The notes: generated by a model from the sequence alone, not told the origin. Shown: positions 7,487 to 16,159, numbered from the stretch's first letter. The stretch is 16,159 bases of DNA from Bdellovibrionales bacterium (GCA_037969075.1 JBBKWS010000111.1:1-16159), one strand, 5' to 3'. Translations and numbers: made by a program.

Positions 7487-8470
7487 ATGCAAGACTTTTT
7501 AATAGCTACTTTTTATCGCTTTAGCCCCATCCAGAGGGAGCAACTATTAAAGGTAAAAGACAAGCTAATCACAAAGGCAGAAAGCCTTGGTGTAAAGGGC
7601 TTAGTCATCATGGGTACTGAAGGACTAAACACAACCCTTGCCGCCACAAAAGACAGCCTAGAAGAGTATATAAAGTTTGTAAGTGAGATCAAAGGTTTTG
7701 ATACTCTCAGCATTAAGTATTCAACGGCGGAGGCAATACCTTTTCGCCGGTTTAAAGTTCAAATTAGAGATGAAATTGTAACTTTAAATCGTCCAGATCT
7801 ACTACCTAATGAACAAGATCCTTCGCATCTAACGCCTGAAGAGTGGAACAACGTATTAAAGAAAGAGCAAGACTATATACTCATCGACACTAGAAATTGG
7901 TATGAAACCGAAATTGGAAAATTTAAAAATGCCTTAACTCCACCGATAAACGAATTCACCGATTTTCCTAAGTGGTTAGAGACGCAAAATATTCCTAAAG
8001 AAAAAAAACTCTTGATATACTGTACCGGTGGCATTCGTTGCGAAAAAGCCCAAGTTGAAATGAAAGAGCACGGCTATAATAATGTTTTTCAACTAAAAGA
8101 TGGGATCTTAAACTACATGGAAAAATTTCCGCAAGATCAGTTTGAGGGAGAGTGTTTTGTTTTTGATCACAGAGTCGCTGTGAATCAAGAGTTAAAGCCC
8201 AGTACAATATTTGATTTATGCCCGCACTGTGGACAGCCATCAAAAAATGAAATTACATGTGTAAAGTGCGATAGCGTGGCAAAAGTCTGCGAAAGATGTT
8301 TAGTGCAAGATAAAAAGTTTTCAACTTGCTCTAAAAATTGTGCGCACCATTTTGTCATGAACCCAGATAAAAAAATCAAAAAGCATACGAATAGTATCTC
8401 TGAATTTAGAGACTCTAAAAAAATAGTTCTAGAAAAATTACCGGGTCAAACACCTCTTAAACCGTCTTAG
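7487..8470 (+). CDS. trhO: Oxygen-dependent tRNA uridine(34) hydroxylase, rhodanese-domain YceA/UPF0176 family
   Basis: FYRF, EGLN, IDTRNWYETEIGKF, YCTGGIRCEKA, QLKDGILNY, GECFVFDHR, plus C-terminal CPHC/CVKC/CERC/CSKNC. Confidence 0.92.
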   Translation: MQDFLIATFYRFSPIQREQLLKVKDKLITKAESLGVKGLVIMGTEGLNTTLAATKDSLEEYIKFVSEIKGFDTLSIKYSTAEAIPFRRFKVQIRDEIVTLNRPDLLPNEQDPSHLTPEEWNNVLKKEQDYILIDTRNWYETEIGKFKNALTPPINEFTDFPKWLETQNIPKEKKLLIYCTGGIRCEKAQVEMKEHGYNNVFQLKDGILNYMEKFPQDQFEGECFVFDHRVAVNQELKPSTIFDLCPHCGQPSKNEITCVKCDSVAKVCERCLVQDKKFSTCSKNCAHHFVMNPDKKIKKHTNSISEFRDSKKIVLEKLPGQTPLKPS

Positions 8471-8610
8471 AAATAAAGACTCCCTATACTACTATAGGCA
8501 TACAGCCGCGCATTAAAACACACCTATCTAAGCCCTATCGCAATGCTTGCGACAATTACTTGCTTCTCGTAAAAAGCCGAGTAGTATAGATCTTTAACCA
8601 AGGAGAACTT

Positions 8611-9192
8611 ATGGCCATACAACTGCCTGAATTACCATATTCAAAAGATGCACTAACACCTCATATTTCAGCCGAAACTCTAGATTTTCATTACGGTAAA
8701 CACCACAAATCATATGTTGATAATCTTAATAATATGATCAAAGGTACCGACATGGAAAACCTAGGCCTTGATGAAATCGTAAGAAAATCAACTGGCGGTA
8801 TTTTTAACAATGCTGCACAAATCTGGAATCATACATTTTATTGGAATTGCCTGTCTCCTAATGGTGGCGGAGAGCCAACAGGAGATGCAAAAGCAGCCAT
8901 AGAAAAAAACTTTGGTAGCTTTGCTAACTTTAAAGAAAAGTTTACTGAAGCCTCGGTAAAAACCTTTGGCTCTGGCTGGGCATGGCTAGTTAAAAAATCT
9001 GATGGAAGCCTTGTGATTGAAAGCACTTCAAACGCAGATACGCCACTTAAAGACACAAGCAAAAAAGCTCTACTTACTTGTGATGTGTGGGAACATGCTT
9101 ATTACATTGATTATCGCAATTCGCGACCAAATTACCTAGCTGCATTTTGGAATTTAGTAAATTGGGATTTTGTTTCTAAAAACCTAAAGTAA
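8611..9192 (+). CDS. sodB: Iron superoxide dismutase
   Basis: [20 protein letters not shown] and TSNA (Fe-type determinants), [23 protein letters not shown]. Confidence 0.97.
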   Translation: MAIQLPELPYSKDALTPHISAETLDFHYGKHHKSYVDNLNNMIKGTDMENLGLDEIVRKSTGGIFNNAAQIWNHTFYWNCLSPNGGGEPTGDAKAAIEKNFGSFANFKEKFTEASVKTFGSGWAWLVKKSDGSLVIESTSNADTPLKDTSKKALLTCDVWEHAYYIDYRNSRPNYLAAFWNLVNWDFVSKNLK

Positions 9193-9198
9193 TAAATT

Positions 9199-9225
9199 AA
9201 AAGCCCACGCAAGTGGGCTTTTTTT
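9199..9225 (+). terminator. Intrinsic terminator after sodB, probably bidirectional
   Basis: AAAAGCCCAC-GCAA-GTGGGCTTTT hairpin followed by a T tract, between convergent genes. Confidence 0.9.
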
Positions 9226-9244
9226 ATCATGCAAAGTGATGTAT

Positions 9245-10081
9245 TTAAGCTCTCAGCACTAGCATTTGCCGATCCACTCCAACCCATTCACCGGGCTTCA
9301 TTTTATTCCAGATGTTTTCATTTTTTACATCTTCACTAGAAAAGATAATATGTTGAACGGCTTTTCCTGTGTCAGGATTTTCACAGGTGTGTTGGTGAAA
9401 CTTACATACATCTCTTTCAGAACATTTAACCTTGTGGGTCGAATAATTTAAATTTTTACCACCTTGGTAAGCAACCATCGTCTCACCATTTGTGAGCAAG
9501 AATGTTAGGTATGGTTGATTAAAATCATCGCTGTCGACAGTTGCATGATCGCCCACTATTTCATTTAAATCTTTCATCGCTAATTTCAAACACTCAACCA
9601 CACTAATGGCAGGAATGGATGCTTCTAGTTTTAAAACCTTCGACATATAAGATAAGAAGTAAAAAAATAAAGTTTCACTATCCGTTGATCCTAAAATAAA
9701 CCGCTTCATATTTTCTGGAATTTTACTTTGAATTTTTGATTTAATGTCTACAAAATTTGGAATATGGCCGTTATGAACAAACACCCATTTACCATATTGA
9801 AAAGGATGAGTGTTTAATATATTCAATTCGCCTTCGGTGGCTTTTCGTAAATGCGCCACTACTGTTTCGGAACTAACAAGACCTGATACTTTTTTAAATA
9901 ATTGATCTTCGATTGCTTTAGACGTCGAGCGAATCAAATGCGGACTATTTAATATATAATAGGCTACACCCCAACCATCAGGATGTTTTTCACTTTGAGT
10001 ATAAAGAGAGTTTTCGGCCACTAGTAGGCTGGTGTGAACCTTGCTAGGAATAACCGAGCGAAAACCAAAAATTCTACACAT
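9245..10081 (-). CDS. Class II glutamine amidotransferase / Ntn hydrolase (YafJ/EgtC-like)
   Basis: N-terminal MCR nucleophile, HPDGWG, VAHLRKAT, NTHPF, FVHNG, GSTDSE; SD AAGGA. Confidence 0.92.
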   Translation of the reverse strand: MCRIFGFRSVIPSKVHTSLLVAENSLYTQSEKHPDGWGVAYYILNSPHLIRSTSKAIEDQLFKKVSGLVSSETVVAHLRKATEGELNILNTHPFQYGKWVFVHNGHIPNFVDIKSKIQSKIPENMKRFILGSTDSETLFFYFLSYMSKVLKLEASIPAISVVECLKLAMKDLNEIVGDHATVDSDDFNQPYLTFLLTNGETMVAYQGGKNLNYSTHKVKCSERDVCKFHQHTCENPDTGKAVQHIIFSSEDVKNENIWNKMKPGEWVGVDRQMLVLRA

Positions 10082-10096
10082 AACGTTCCTTAGCTC

Positions 10097-10987
10097 TCAG
10101 TACGGAGTTAAAACCAAATTTCCTTGGCGCAGGTAAACTTCAATTTTCTTTCCAGAAGAATCTGTTGCAAAACTATCAAGACCTTTTAGATTACCCTGTT
10201 CTACAAAAGCATTTAAATCATAAGTAACAGACTTATCTAAATCGATGTTTATATTTCCTGCGCTTGATTTAATCTGCAGGTCATGATTCCAAGATTTTAT
10301 CTCTAAATTAACCGCCTCTGCTTCTATCGCTAAGGTCATGGTTTCTGGAACTTCAAATGCACACCTCTCTGGCGCCAAATGATTTAAAAACGACAATGTT
10401 ATAACTTCTTTGTTTTTTTTAGCAAAATCAAAAGCCGTAAGCTTATCTTTTATAAAATCACATTCATATGTGATATGTATTCCCTTAGTAGATTTAAAGC
10501 TGGCGTTTAGAGCCTTGGCTTCAACAAAAAATCTTGTTTCATTTTCAACTGATATTTCGCCCTTGAACGTCTCTATTTGTGTACCTGCGAAATCTAAATT
10601 TCCATTATATTTAATTTCCCAAGACATAGTGTTGCTATCAAACCTTGAGTTTATAAATGGAAAGACTATATAAAATAGCCCCGCAAAACTAAGGCCGATC
10701 AATGTAATCAGAAAGAGGCATAAAAATACAGCGTATCTAAAAAATCCTGTTTTTTTAGGCACCTTTACCCCAGCATCCATCAAATGCTTTCTAGCAAGTG
10801 CTTGGGGACTCATTAATTTGTTCAATGATTTTTGTAATTCAAAGTCACCCGATTGACTGGCTACAGTAAAATACTCTCTTAATCGACAAATGATTACTTC
10901 GTTTTGAGTGCTATTAGAAGAGCTTTTGAACAGCTCTTCTTTATATTTTAATATGTATATATCTACTTGATCTTGTATCTTTAACAT
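10097..10987 (-). CDS. Single-pass membrane protein with possible N-terminal HAAS/DUF1700-like domain and C-terminal DUF4097-like beta-repeat domain
   Basis: Helical N-terminus (RLREYF..LNKLMSPQALARKHL), one long hydrophobic segment after KKTGFFR, then alternating beta strands (FEVPETMTLAIE, LQIKSSAGNINIDL, YDLNAFVEQGNL, IEVYLRQGNLVL). Domain calls are by eye. Confidence 0.6.
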   Translation of the reverse strand: MLKIQDQVDIYILKYKEELFKSSSNSTQNEVIICRLREYFTVASQSGDFELQKSLNKLMSPQALARKHLMDAGVKVPKKTGFFRYAVFLCLFLITLIGLSFAGLFYIVFPFINSRFDSNTMSWEIKYNGNLDFAGTQIETFKGEISVENETRFFVEAKALNASFKSTKGIHITYECDFIKDKLTAFDFAKKNKEVITLSFLNHLAPERCAFEVPETMTLAIEAEAVNLEIKSWNHDLQIKSSAGNINIDLDKSVTYDLNAFVEQGNLKGLDSFATDSSGKKIEVYLRQGNLVLTPY

Positions 10988-11010
10988 TCACCTAATTTCC
11001 TTACAGTATT

Positions 11011-12276
11011 TTACTGTAAGCTAATAGGTTTTACAAGGCGAGTTGGCATTTTTTCTGTAGGTCTGGACAGTTCAGCTAAAACATATTGGTATTGCTCTTG
11101 GTATGCATGCACAACCTGCGGAACTCTAAAAACATAGAAGTTCTCATAGTTTCCAGAAAAAGCATTGCCTGTAAAATTTCCGGCGCCGGTAAATACAGCT
11201 TCCCCGCTATCTGATTTAAAAATCATATACTTATTATGGTGAAGTAGGTGCTCATAGTGATTCGTTTCTACAAACTCTACCTGCAAACCAAGCCCCATCA
11301 ACGAGTCCACATGCCTAGCCTCTAGTTTAGTATTGGCCCCTATGCTTAAACCTTTCATCGCCCAATAAATATCATCATCTACCACTAAATTTGCACTAAA
11401 ACCTTCGTGCTCTAATTTTAAACCTAACAGCTCTATCATTTTTTTATTAGAAAATCTGTGCGCCGCTATTTTTACATCGGATGCATCATCAATTAATTCT
11501 AACATAGCTTTTTCAGCCAGCCTTCCCTCTGCTGGAGCAAAGTACACTGTTGCATCCTCTTCTGGTTCACTAGCTATTTCACTGCGGCAGCTTTTTAAAT
11601 GCGCTCTAAAGTCTGCGCCAGAATCAGAATGGTAGAGCATTCCGTTCATTGCGCATAGGTGTGCCTGCATAAAATAGGAACTGTGAGATAGTGTCATAAA
11701 GTTCCAGTTTTCATGATGCAAAACTGTGCCAGAAGACAAGTTAGCTGAAGCAAAAACTAACTGGTGTGGCTCTTCATTGTTAGGGTTAGTGATTACTAGC
11801 TTGATATGGGCAAGATCAATCCCGCTAACATTTCCACGGTAATGAATTTCTGTTTTACTAGTTTCACCCTGACACTCTAAAAGTTTATCCGCAGTGGCTG
11901 TATCAGTACCACTGTCTAAGACCATTACTACTTTGATATCACGAGCATGAATATTATCGCAAAGCGCCCCTAGAACCCTTTTGTCTGAAAATGATAAAAA
12001 AGCTAAGAAAATTTCTTTAGTCTCTTCATTGTTAATTAAATCCACTAGTCGTTGCTGTGGGCTGCTGTCTCTTTCTCCAGAAAGTTTTGCGTCCCTTCTT
12101 GTACAATAAGCATTTTTTGTTTTTTGAGTAAGAAGCGTACCGTCATTTGCACTTACTGGTGTTTCATAGATATAATCTGCGCAAATTGGATTGGTAAATA
12201 AAACTTCGTGTTTATAATTGGCATCTTCGGTGATAGATAAAGAAAAACCGAGTGTAAGAAATAGTAAAATTGACAT
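11011..12276 (-). CDS. Secreted phospholipase D superfamily protein with two HxK motifs
   Basis: Signal-like N-terminus; HIK..FASANLS..ENW and HNK..FTGAGNFT..NYEN; SD AAAGGGG. Confidence 0.85.
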   Translation of the reverse strand: MSILLFLTLGFSLSITEDANYKHEVLFTNPICADYIYETPVSANDGTLLTQKTKNAYCTRRDAKLSGERDSSPQQRLVDLINNEETKEIFLAFLSFSDKRVLGALCDNIHARDIKVVMVLDSGTDTATADKLLECQGETSKTEIHYRGNVSGIDLAHIKLVITNPNNEEPHQLVFASANLSSGTVLHHENWNFMTLSHSSYFMQAHLCAMNGMLYHSDSGADFRAHLKSCRSEIASEPEEDATVYFAPAEGRLAEKAMLELIDDASDVKIAAHRFSNKKMIELLGLKLEHEGFSANLVVDDDIYWAMKGLSIGANTKLEARHVDSLMGLGLQVEFVETNHYEHLLHHNKYMIFKSDSGEAVFTGAGNFTGNAFSGNYENFYVFRVPQVVHAYQEQYQYVLAELSRPTEKMPTRLVKPISLQ

Positions 12277-12297
12277 ATAAACCCCTTTGATAAGAGG

Positions 12298-12326
12298 TTT
12301 ATACGTTTTATGGCTAAGGTATGCAA
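12298..12326 (-). promoter_or_regulatory. Putative sigma70-type promoter for the PLD gene run
   Basis: Minus strand TTGCAT-N17-TATAAA, 21 nt upstream of ATG 12276. Confidence 0.45.
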
Positions 12327-12357
12327 AACCTGAATACCTATACTTGTTATTAAAATA

Positions 12358-12723
12358 TTATATGGGTTTAAAGACAGCAAAATAGGCAGCAAGACCTGCT
12401 AACACAATGATCTTAAACCAAAATCCTTTAGCATGCTTCGGCATTCTATACAAAAATATAGTTGCTACTGCAAAATACAGCCAAATCAAAAGCTTTACGA
12501 TTACCCAGCCTGGCATATTCATAAGTCCAAGTCTTGCTAATAAACCAAATCCAGCAACTAGGGTGATAAGAATACCTGTACCGTGGATAGCCATTAAACC
12601 CTTACGAAACGGTGTATTTAATTTTGTACCTCCGCCAATCACATGCAGAGTTAGTGCTGATACACTGGTGAGAATCATAAAAACACCGATAAGATGTAAG
12701 ACCTTATAAAATTCATAGCTCAT
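12358..12723 (-). CDS. Small 4-TM membrane protein, SirB2/YchQ-like
   Basis: YKVLHL, HG, LVAGFGLL, PGWVIVKL and terminal FKPI; four hydrophobic segments. Start set at ATG 12723 with SD AAGGAG. Confidence 0.7.
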   Translation of the reverse strand: MSYEFYKVLHLIGVFMILTSVSALTLHVIGGGTKLNTPFRKGLMAIHGTGILITLVAGFGLLARLGLMNMPGWVIVKLLIWLYFAVATIFLYRMPKHAKGFWFKIIVLAGLAAYFAVFKPI

Positions 12724-12751
12724 GCTGACTCCTTTTTTTATTAAATCTAAC

Positions 12752-12779
12752 AAAAAAGGGTGCCAAGAGCACCCTTTTT
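12752..12779 (-). terminator. Intrinsic terminator downstream of the RND permease
   Basis: Minus strand AAAAAGGGTGC-TCTTG-GCACCCTTTTTT, 21 nt after the stop at 12801. Confidence 0.88.
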
Positions 12780-12800
12780 ACAACAATAGATCATTAAATC

Positions 12801-15800
12801 CTATGTGTGCTTAACAGTAGCATCATCTATAGGATTATCATCTGCCACTACCCCACTACCAAGGCGTCTCATAAAACGCTTAAACACTTCCATGTATGAG
12901 TATACACAAGGAATCACTATCAGCGTCAGAAGAGTAGAGCTCAAAGTTCCACCAATAATAGCTATACCCAAACTGGTTCTTTGGTTTGATACTTCATTTA
13001 ATCCAATGGCAACTGGTATCATACCGGCAATCAAAGCAAAGCTGGTCATTAAAATCGGGCGCAGACGCACGCGGCCGGCTTCTAAAATAGCCGATCTTTC
13101 GTCTTTGCCATCTTTTCTTAGCTGCTCAATATAATCTACCATGATGATTGAGTTTTTAACCGCCAACCCCATCAACATGATACAGCCGATCATTGAAAAT
13201 AAATCAAGGGACGATCCAAATACCCAAAGCGCAAAGAAGGCACCACAAGCTGCTAGTGGAATCACAAGCATAATTGTCAGAGGAGTTAAGAAGGATTCAT
13301 ATAAGGATGCTAGTACCAAATAAATAAAGATCATTCCCATTAAGGCGGCTAGCACCATGCTGGTCATCAATTCTTGAAAGTTCTCAGCTTGCCCCACAAA
13401 GCGGTAGCTAACCCCCGGGGGAAGTTTTAATTCAGGATCACTTTTAAACCAATTATCAATATCAGCAATTGCACCACCCATACCCGGTCCATCTGGTGCG
13501 ATGTCAGCAGAGATTTGTACATACCTGCCTCTATTTTCACGATTGATCGTAGCAGGGCCACTAGTAGCTTCGCCCTTTGCCACATTAGACAGATTTACTA
13601 AACGACCATTCATATTAGGAACCAAAATTTGTGGAAAGGCAGTTTCTAAATCTCTTTGATCCGCTTGTAGTCTCACCCTTATGTCATATTCAATTCCATT
13701 TTCTCTAAACACTGCTGGCGTTAATCCCTCTACCTGAGCCCTTAATTCTCTTCCAACAAATGCACTCGTCACTCCCAAGTTTTGTGCCTTTGGCAAATCA
13801 ACAACTACTTGGTACTCAGGTTTTCCTGGGCGCCAGTTAGTGTCCACATCGTTAAGCGCTGGATGATCTTTAAGACGTTTCATCAAATTAGTTGTGAGAG
13901 TTTGTATTTGTTCTAAATCTTGCCCCACTATATTCATTGAAAATGGGCGAAGGCCACCTCCCACCATATCGATATCTTTTACAACAGGGTTTGCGATCTC
14001 TTTGTATTTACTAAGGAGTGTTCGCATTTCGGCTTTCACATCAGATGTATTCTTTGACCTTGTTCCAAAGGCCGTAAGATGAACAAAGAACAAGGCTTTG
14101 TTTTTTTCTCCGTTTGTATTACCAGAATATAGTACTGTTTGAACGACCTCGGGATGCGATCTAATCACCTCATCAACTTCAAGTGCAATTTCTGTCATTT
14201 TCTCAAGACTTGTCCCAGGAGCCGCATCCAGACTTACAGAAAATTCGCCGTTATCTTGCGGCGGTAAAAACGTCTTAGGGACACGCGCGAGAAAAAAGAA
14301 GCTAGAGAGTACTATTAACAGCGTTGCAAGTAGTGGTACATATGGCTTTCTAACAAAATACGTGAGCCATCCGTGATATTTATCTTCTAACCATGTTTGC
14401 ATTTTATCAAAACTTTCTACTGGCTTTCGAAGAATAGCTCTAATGCCCTTTGGTTTTTTCTTTTTAGAATGTAAGCCTCCGCCAAGATAGGCACTCATCA
14501 TCGGTGCGTTGGTTAGAGCGTCAAACAAACTAATCATCATAATAAAGCAGACTGTTAGACCAAAAGATTTAAAGAACTGCCCCACTACTCCACTTAAAAA
14601 TGCAATCGGACCAAACACTGAAATAATTGTCATAGTTACGGCAATTACGGCAAGAGTTACCTCAAGCGTTCCATCAAGAGCTGCCTTTTTGGCAGTTTTT
14701 CCTAATTCCATATGCCTAAAAATATTTTCCCTGACCACAATAGCATCGTCGATCAATAGACCCACTGCCAATGAAAATGCCAATAGACTCATTACATTGA
14801 TGTTAAACCCAGCTAAATCCATAAAAGTAAATGCACCGATCAATGACACCGGAATAGCAATACCCGTAATTAAAGTAGAGCGCATACTACCTAAGAAAAA
14901 ATACACAACAATAATTGTTAATAAAATTCCTATTAAAATGGATTCATACACATCTTCTACGTTTTTTCGAATCTGCTCTGACATGTCTGAAACTATGCCT
15001 AACTTTGGATTCATAGTAGGATAGGTTTCTTTAAGTTCAGCAGAAATCTGTTCTACTTTTTTCTTGATGTCTGCTGACACCGCCACAGAATTAGAGCCTG
15101 ATTGCTTGTAAACAAAAAGTAATAAGGTGGAGTCCCCGTTCCAATAAGCATTTGTTTTGGGTTCCTCTAGGGTATCTATTACTTTACCCACATCACCCAA
15201 ACTTACAGGCACATCATTACCAAAAAAATTCACAGCTGATTCACTAATTTGTTTAACAGATTCAAACTCTCCGACTGTTCTAAAAACCATGTCCTTTCCG
15301 GCTTGGTTTCTGGTCACAGATCCCGCCGGGATATTTTGCCCAGTCGCAGCTAATCTGTCAGAAACTCCCGCAACTGATAGATTAAATCTTGCTAATTTAT
15401 TTCTGTCTAGCTCAACAAGTATTTCTCTTTTTCTACCACCTAATATGTCGATTAGTCCTACTTGATTTACTTGCTCTAACTTTGGTTTGATCACTTCATC
15501 AGCTAGATCAAATAGTTCTGCAGGCTTCATATCTTCTATGGATAATGCCATGATTACAATTGGCTGATCCGCAGGGTCTAGACGACGAATTGTAGATTCT
15601 TCTACATCATCTGGTAGTTTTACTCTTGCGCTTGCCACCTTGTCTCTGACTTGCTGTTCGGCATACTTTATGTCTGTTTCTAGCGAAAATTCAGCAACTA
15701 CGATGGACACACCTTCTTGGTTAGCAGACCTTACTACTTTGATACCACTGATTGTCCCGACCTCTTCTTCAATTGGTTTTGAAACAAGGGTTTCAATTTC

Positions 15801-15971
15801 CTTAGGCCCCGCTCCTGGATAAATAGTAGTAATTCTTATTACCGGAAAGGTAACGTCAGGAAATAAATCCACTGGTAATTTTTTAAATGAAAACAACCCG
15901 AGTACTATTACTAGTAATAGTACACAAGTCATAAATACGGGTCTTTTTATCGATAACTCGGGTAAATTCAT
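12801..15971 (-). CDS. RND efflux permease, AcrB/AcrD/AcrF family
   Basis: 1056 aa; IKRPV, VDLFP, proton-relay residues in IDDAIVV, KNSI and RLRPILMTS; two large periplasmic loops. Confidence 0.97.
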   Translation of the reverse strand: MNLPELSIKRPVFMTCVLLLVIVLGLFSFKKLPVDLFPDVTFPVIRITTIYPGAGPKEIETLVSKPIEEEVGTISGIKVVRSANQEGVSIVVAEFSLETDIKYAEQQVRDKVASARVKLPDDVEESTIRRLDPADQPIVIMALSIEDMKPAELFDLADEVIKPKLEQVNQVGLIDILGGRKREILVELDRNKLARFNLSVAGVSDRLAATGQNIPAGSVTRNQAGKDMVFRTVGEFESVKQISESAVNFFGNDVPVSLGDVGKVIDTLEEPKTNAYWNGDSTLLLFVYKQSGSNSVAVSADIKKKVEQISAELKETYPTMNPKLGIVSDMSEQIRKNVEDVYESILIGILLTIIVVYFFLGSMRSTLITGIAIPVSLIGAFTFMDLAGFNINVMSLLAFSLAVGLLIDDAIVVRENIFRHMELGKTAKKAALDGTLEVTLAVIAVTMTIISVFGPIAFLSGVVGQFFKSFGLTVCFIMMISLFDALTNAPMMSAYLGGGLHSKKKKPKGIRAILRKPVESFDKMQTWLEDKYHGWLTYFVRKPYVPLLATLLIVLSSFFFLARVPKTFLPPQDNGEFSVSLDAAPGTSLEKMTEIALEVDEVIRSHPEVVQTVLYSGNTNGEKNKALFFVHLTAFGTRSKNTSDVKAEMRTLLSKYKEIANPVVKDIDMVGGGLRPFSMNIVGQDLEQIQTLTTNLMKRLKDHPALNDVDTNWRPGKPEYQVVVDLPKAQNLGVTSAFVGRELRAQVEGLTPAVFRENGIEYDIRVRLQADQRDLETAFPQILVPNMNGRLVNLSNVAKGEATSGPATINRENRGRYVQISADIAPDGPGMGGAIADIDNWFKSDPELKLPPGVSYRFVGQAENFQELMTSMVLAALMGMIFIYLVLASLYESFLTPLTIMLVIPLAACGAFFALWVFGSSLDLFSMIGCIMLMGLAVKNSIIMVDYIEQLRKDGKDERSAILEAGRVRLRPILMTSFALIAGMIPVAIGLNEVSNQRTSLGIAIIGGTLSSTLLTLIVIPCVYSYMEVFKRFMRRLGSGVVADDNPIDDATVKHT

Positions 15972-16159
15972 AACCCCTCCACGAAGGCTTTAATTTGATT
16001 GTGGGCTTGTATTAAATTTAATTGTGATTGCACCCGAAGTACTTGCGAGGAAGCAAGATCTTGTTCGTTGGTAATTGCCTGAAACGTAGTTGTTCTGCCA
16101 CTACGGTGACGGCGTCTTTCTTTTTCTACAATTTTTGTTCTAATTTTTTCTAAATTTAT
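15968..16159 (-). CDS. C-terminus of a TolC-family outer membrane efflux protein (5' end outside the window)
   Basis: Hand translation INLEKIRTKIVEKERRRHRSGRTTTFQAITNEQDLASSQVLRVQSQLNLIQAHNQIKAFVEGL* matches the OEP terminal helix-G-turn-helix pattern. Its TGA overlaps the RND ATG (ATGA), with SD GGAGGG inside the last codons. Confidence 0.75.
   Translation of the reverse strand: MNLEKIRTKIVEKERRRHRSGRTTTFQAITNEQDLASSQVLRVQSQLNLIQAHNQIKAFVEGL

Noticed and set aside
9245..10081. egtC (ergothioneine pathway) assignment
   Set aside because: Family-level match only; no egtA/B/D neighbours in the window.
12724..12753. TTG-initiated N-terminal extensions in the ORF track (also 3922-3963 and 7380-7397)
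   Set aside because: They span SD, promoter or terminator sequence; the downstream starts are better supported.
5268..15822. Short ORFs nested in or antisense to folKP, bcp, trhO, sodB, amidotransferase, membrane protein, PLD, SirB2-like and RND genes
   Set aside because: They lie largely or wholly over well-supported genes, lack motifs and SD sites, and are expected shadow frames.
1..16159. CRISPR array, tRNA/rRNA, IS/integrase, DGR-like repeats, riboswitch
   Set aside because: No periodic repeats, RNA-gene signatures, transposase or RT motifs were seen by eye, and the thiN/folB intergenic region is too short for a TPP or THF riboswitch. An Infernal/Rfam scan would be decisive.

Overview
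AT-rich bacterial chromosomal window with no mobile element, CRISPR array or RNA gene visible. The gene content is compatible with a Gram-negative Bdellovibrionota/Oligoflexia-like organism, but this is inference only. The ORF track misses two genes that run off the window edges. The first is a >839-aa minus-strand protein at 1-2518 with a type IV prepilin N-terminus, a bacterial Ig-like domain and a Cys-rich distal region, preceded by a close match to a sigma28/FliA promoter. The second is the C-terminus of a TolC-family protein at 15968-16159, coupled directly to an AcrB-type RND permease with no adaptor gene between them. In between lie a lipoprotein, thiN, a folB-folKP(fused)-folC operon, a bcp/trhO/sodB oxygen-related cluster, a PLD / HAAS-DUF4097-like / class II amidotransferase run, and a SirB2-like membrane protein. 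The best candidate for an undescribed system is the sigma28-linked giant pilin-adhesin.
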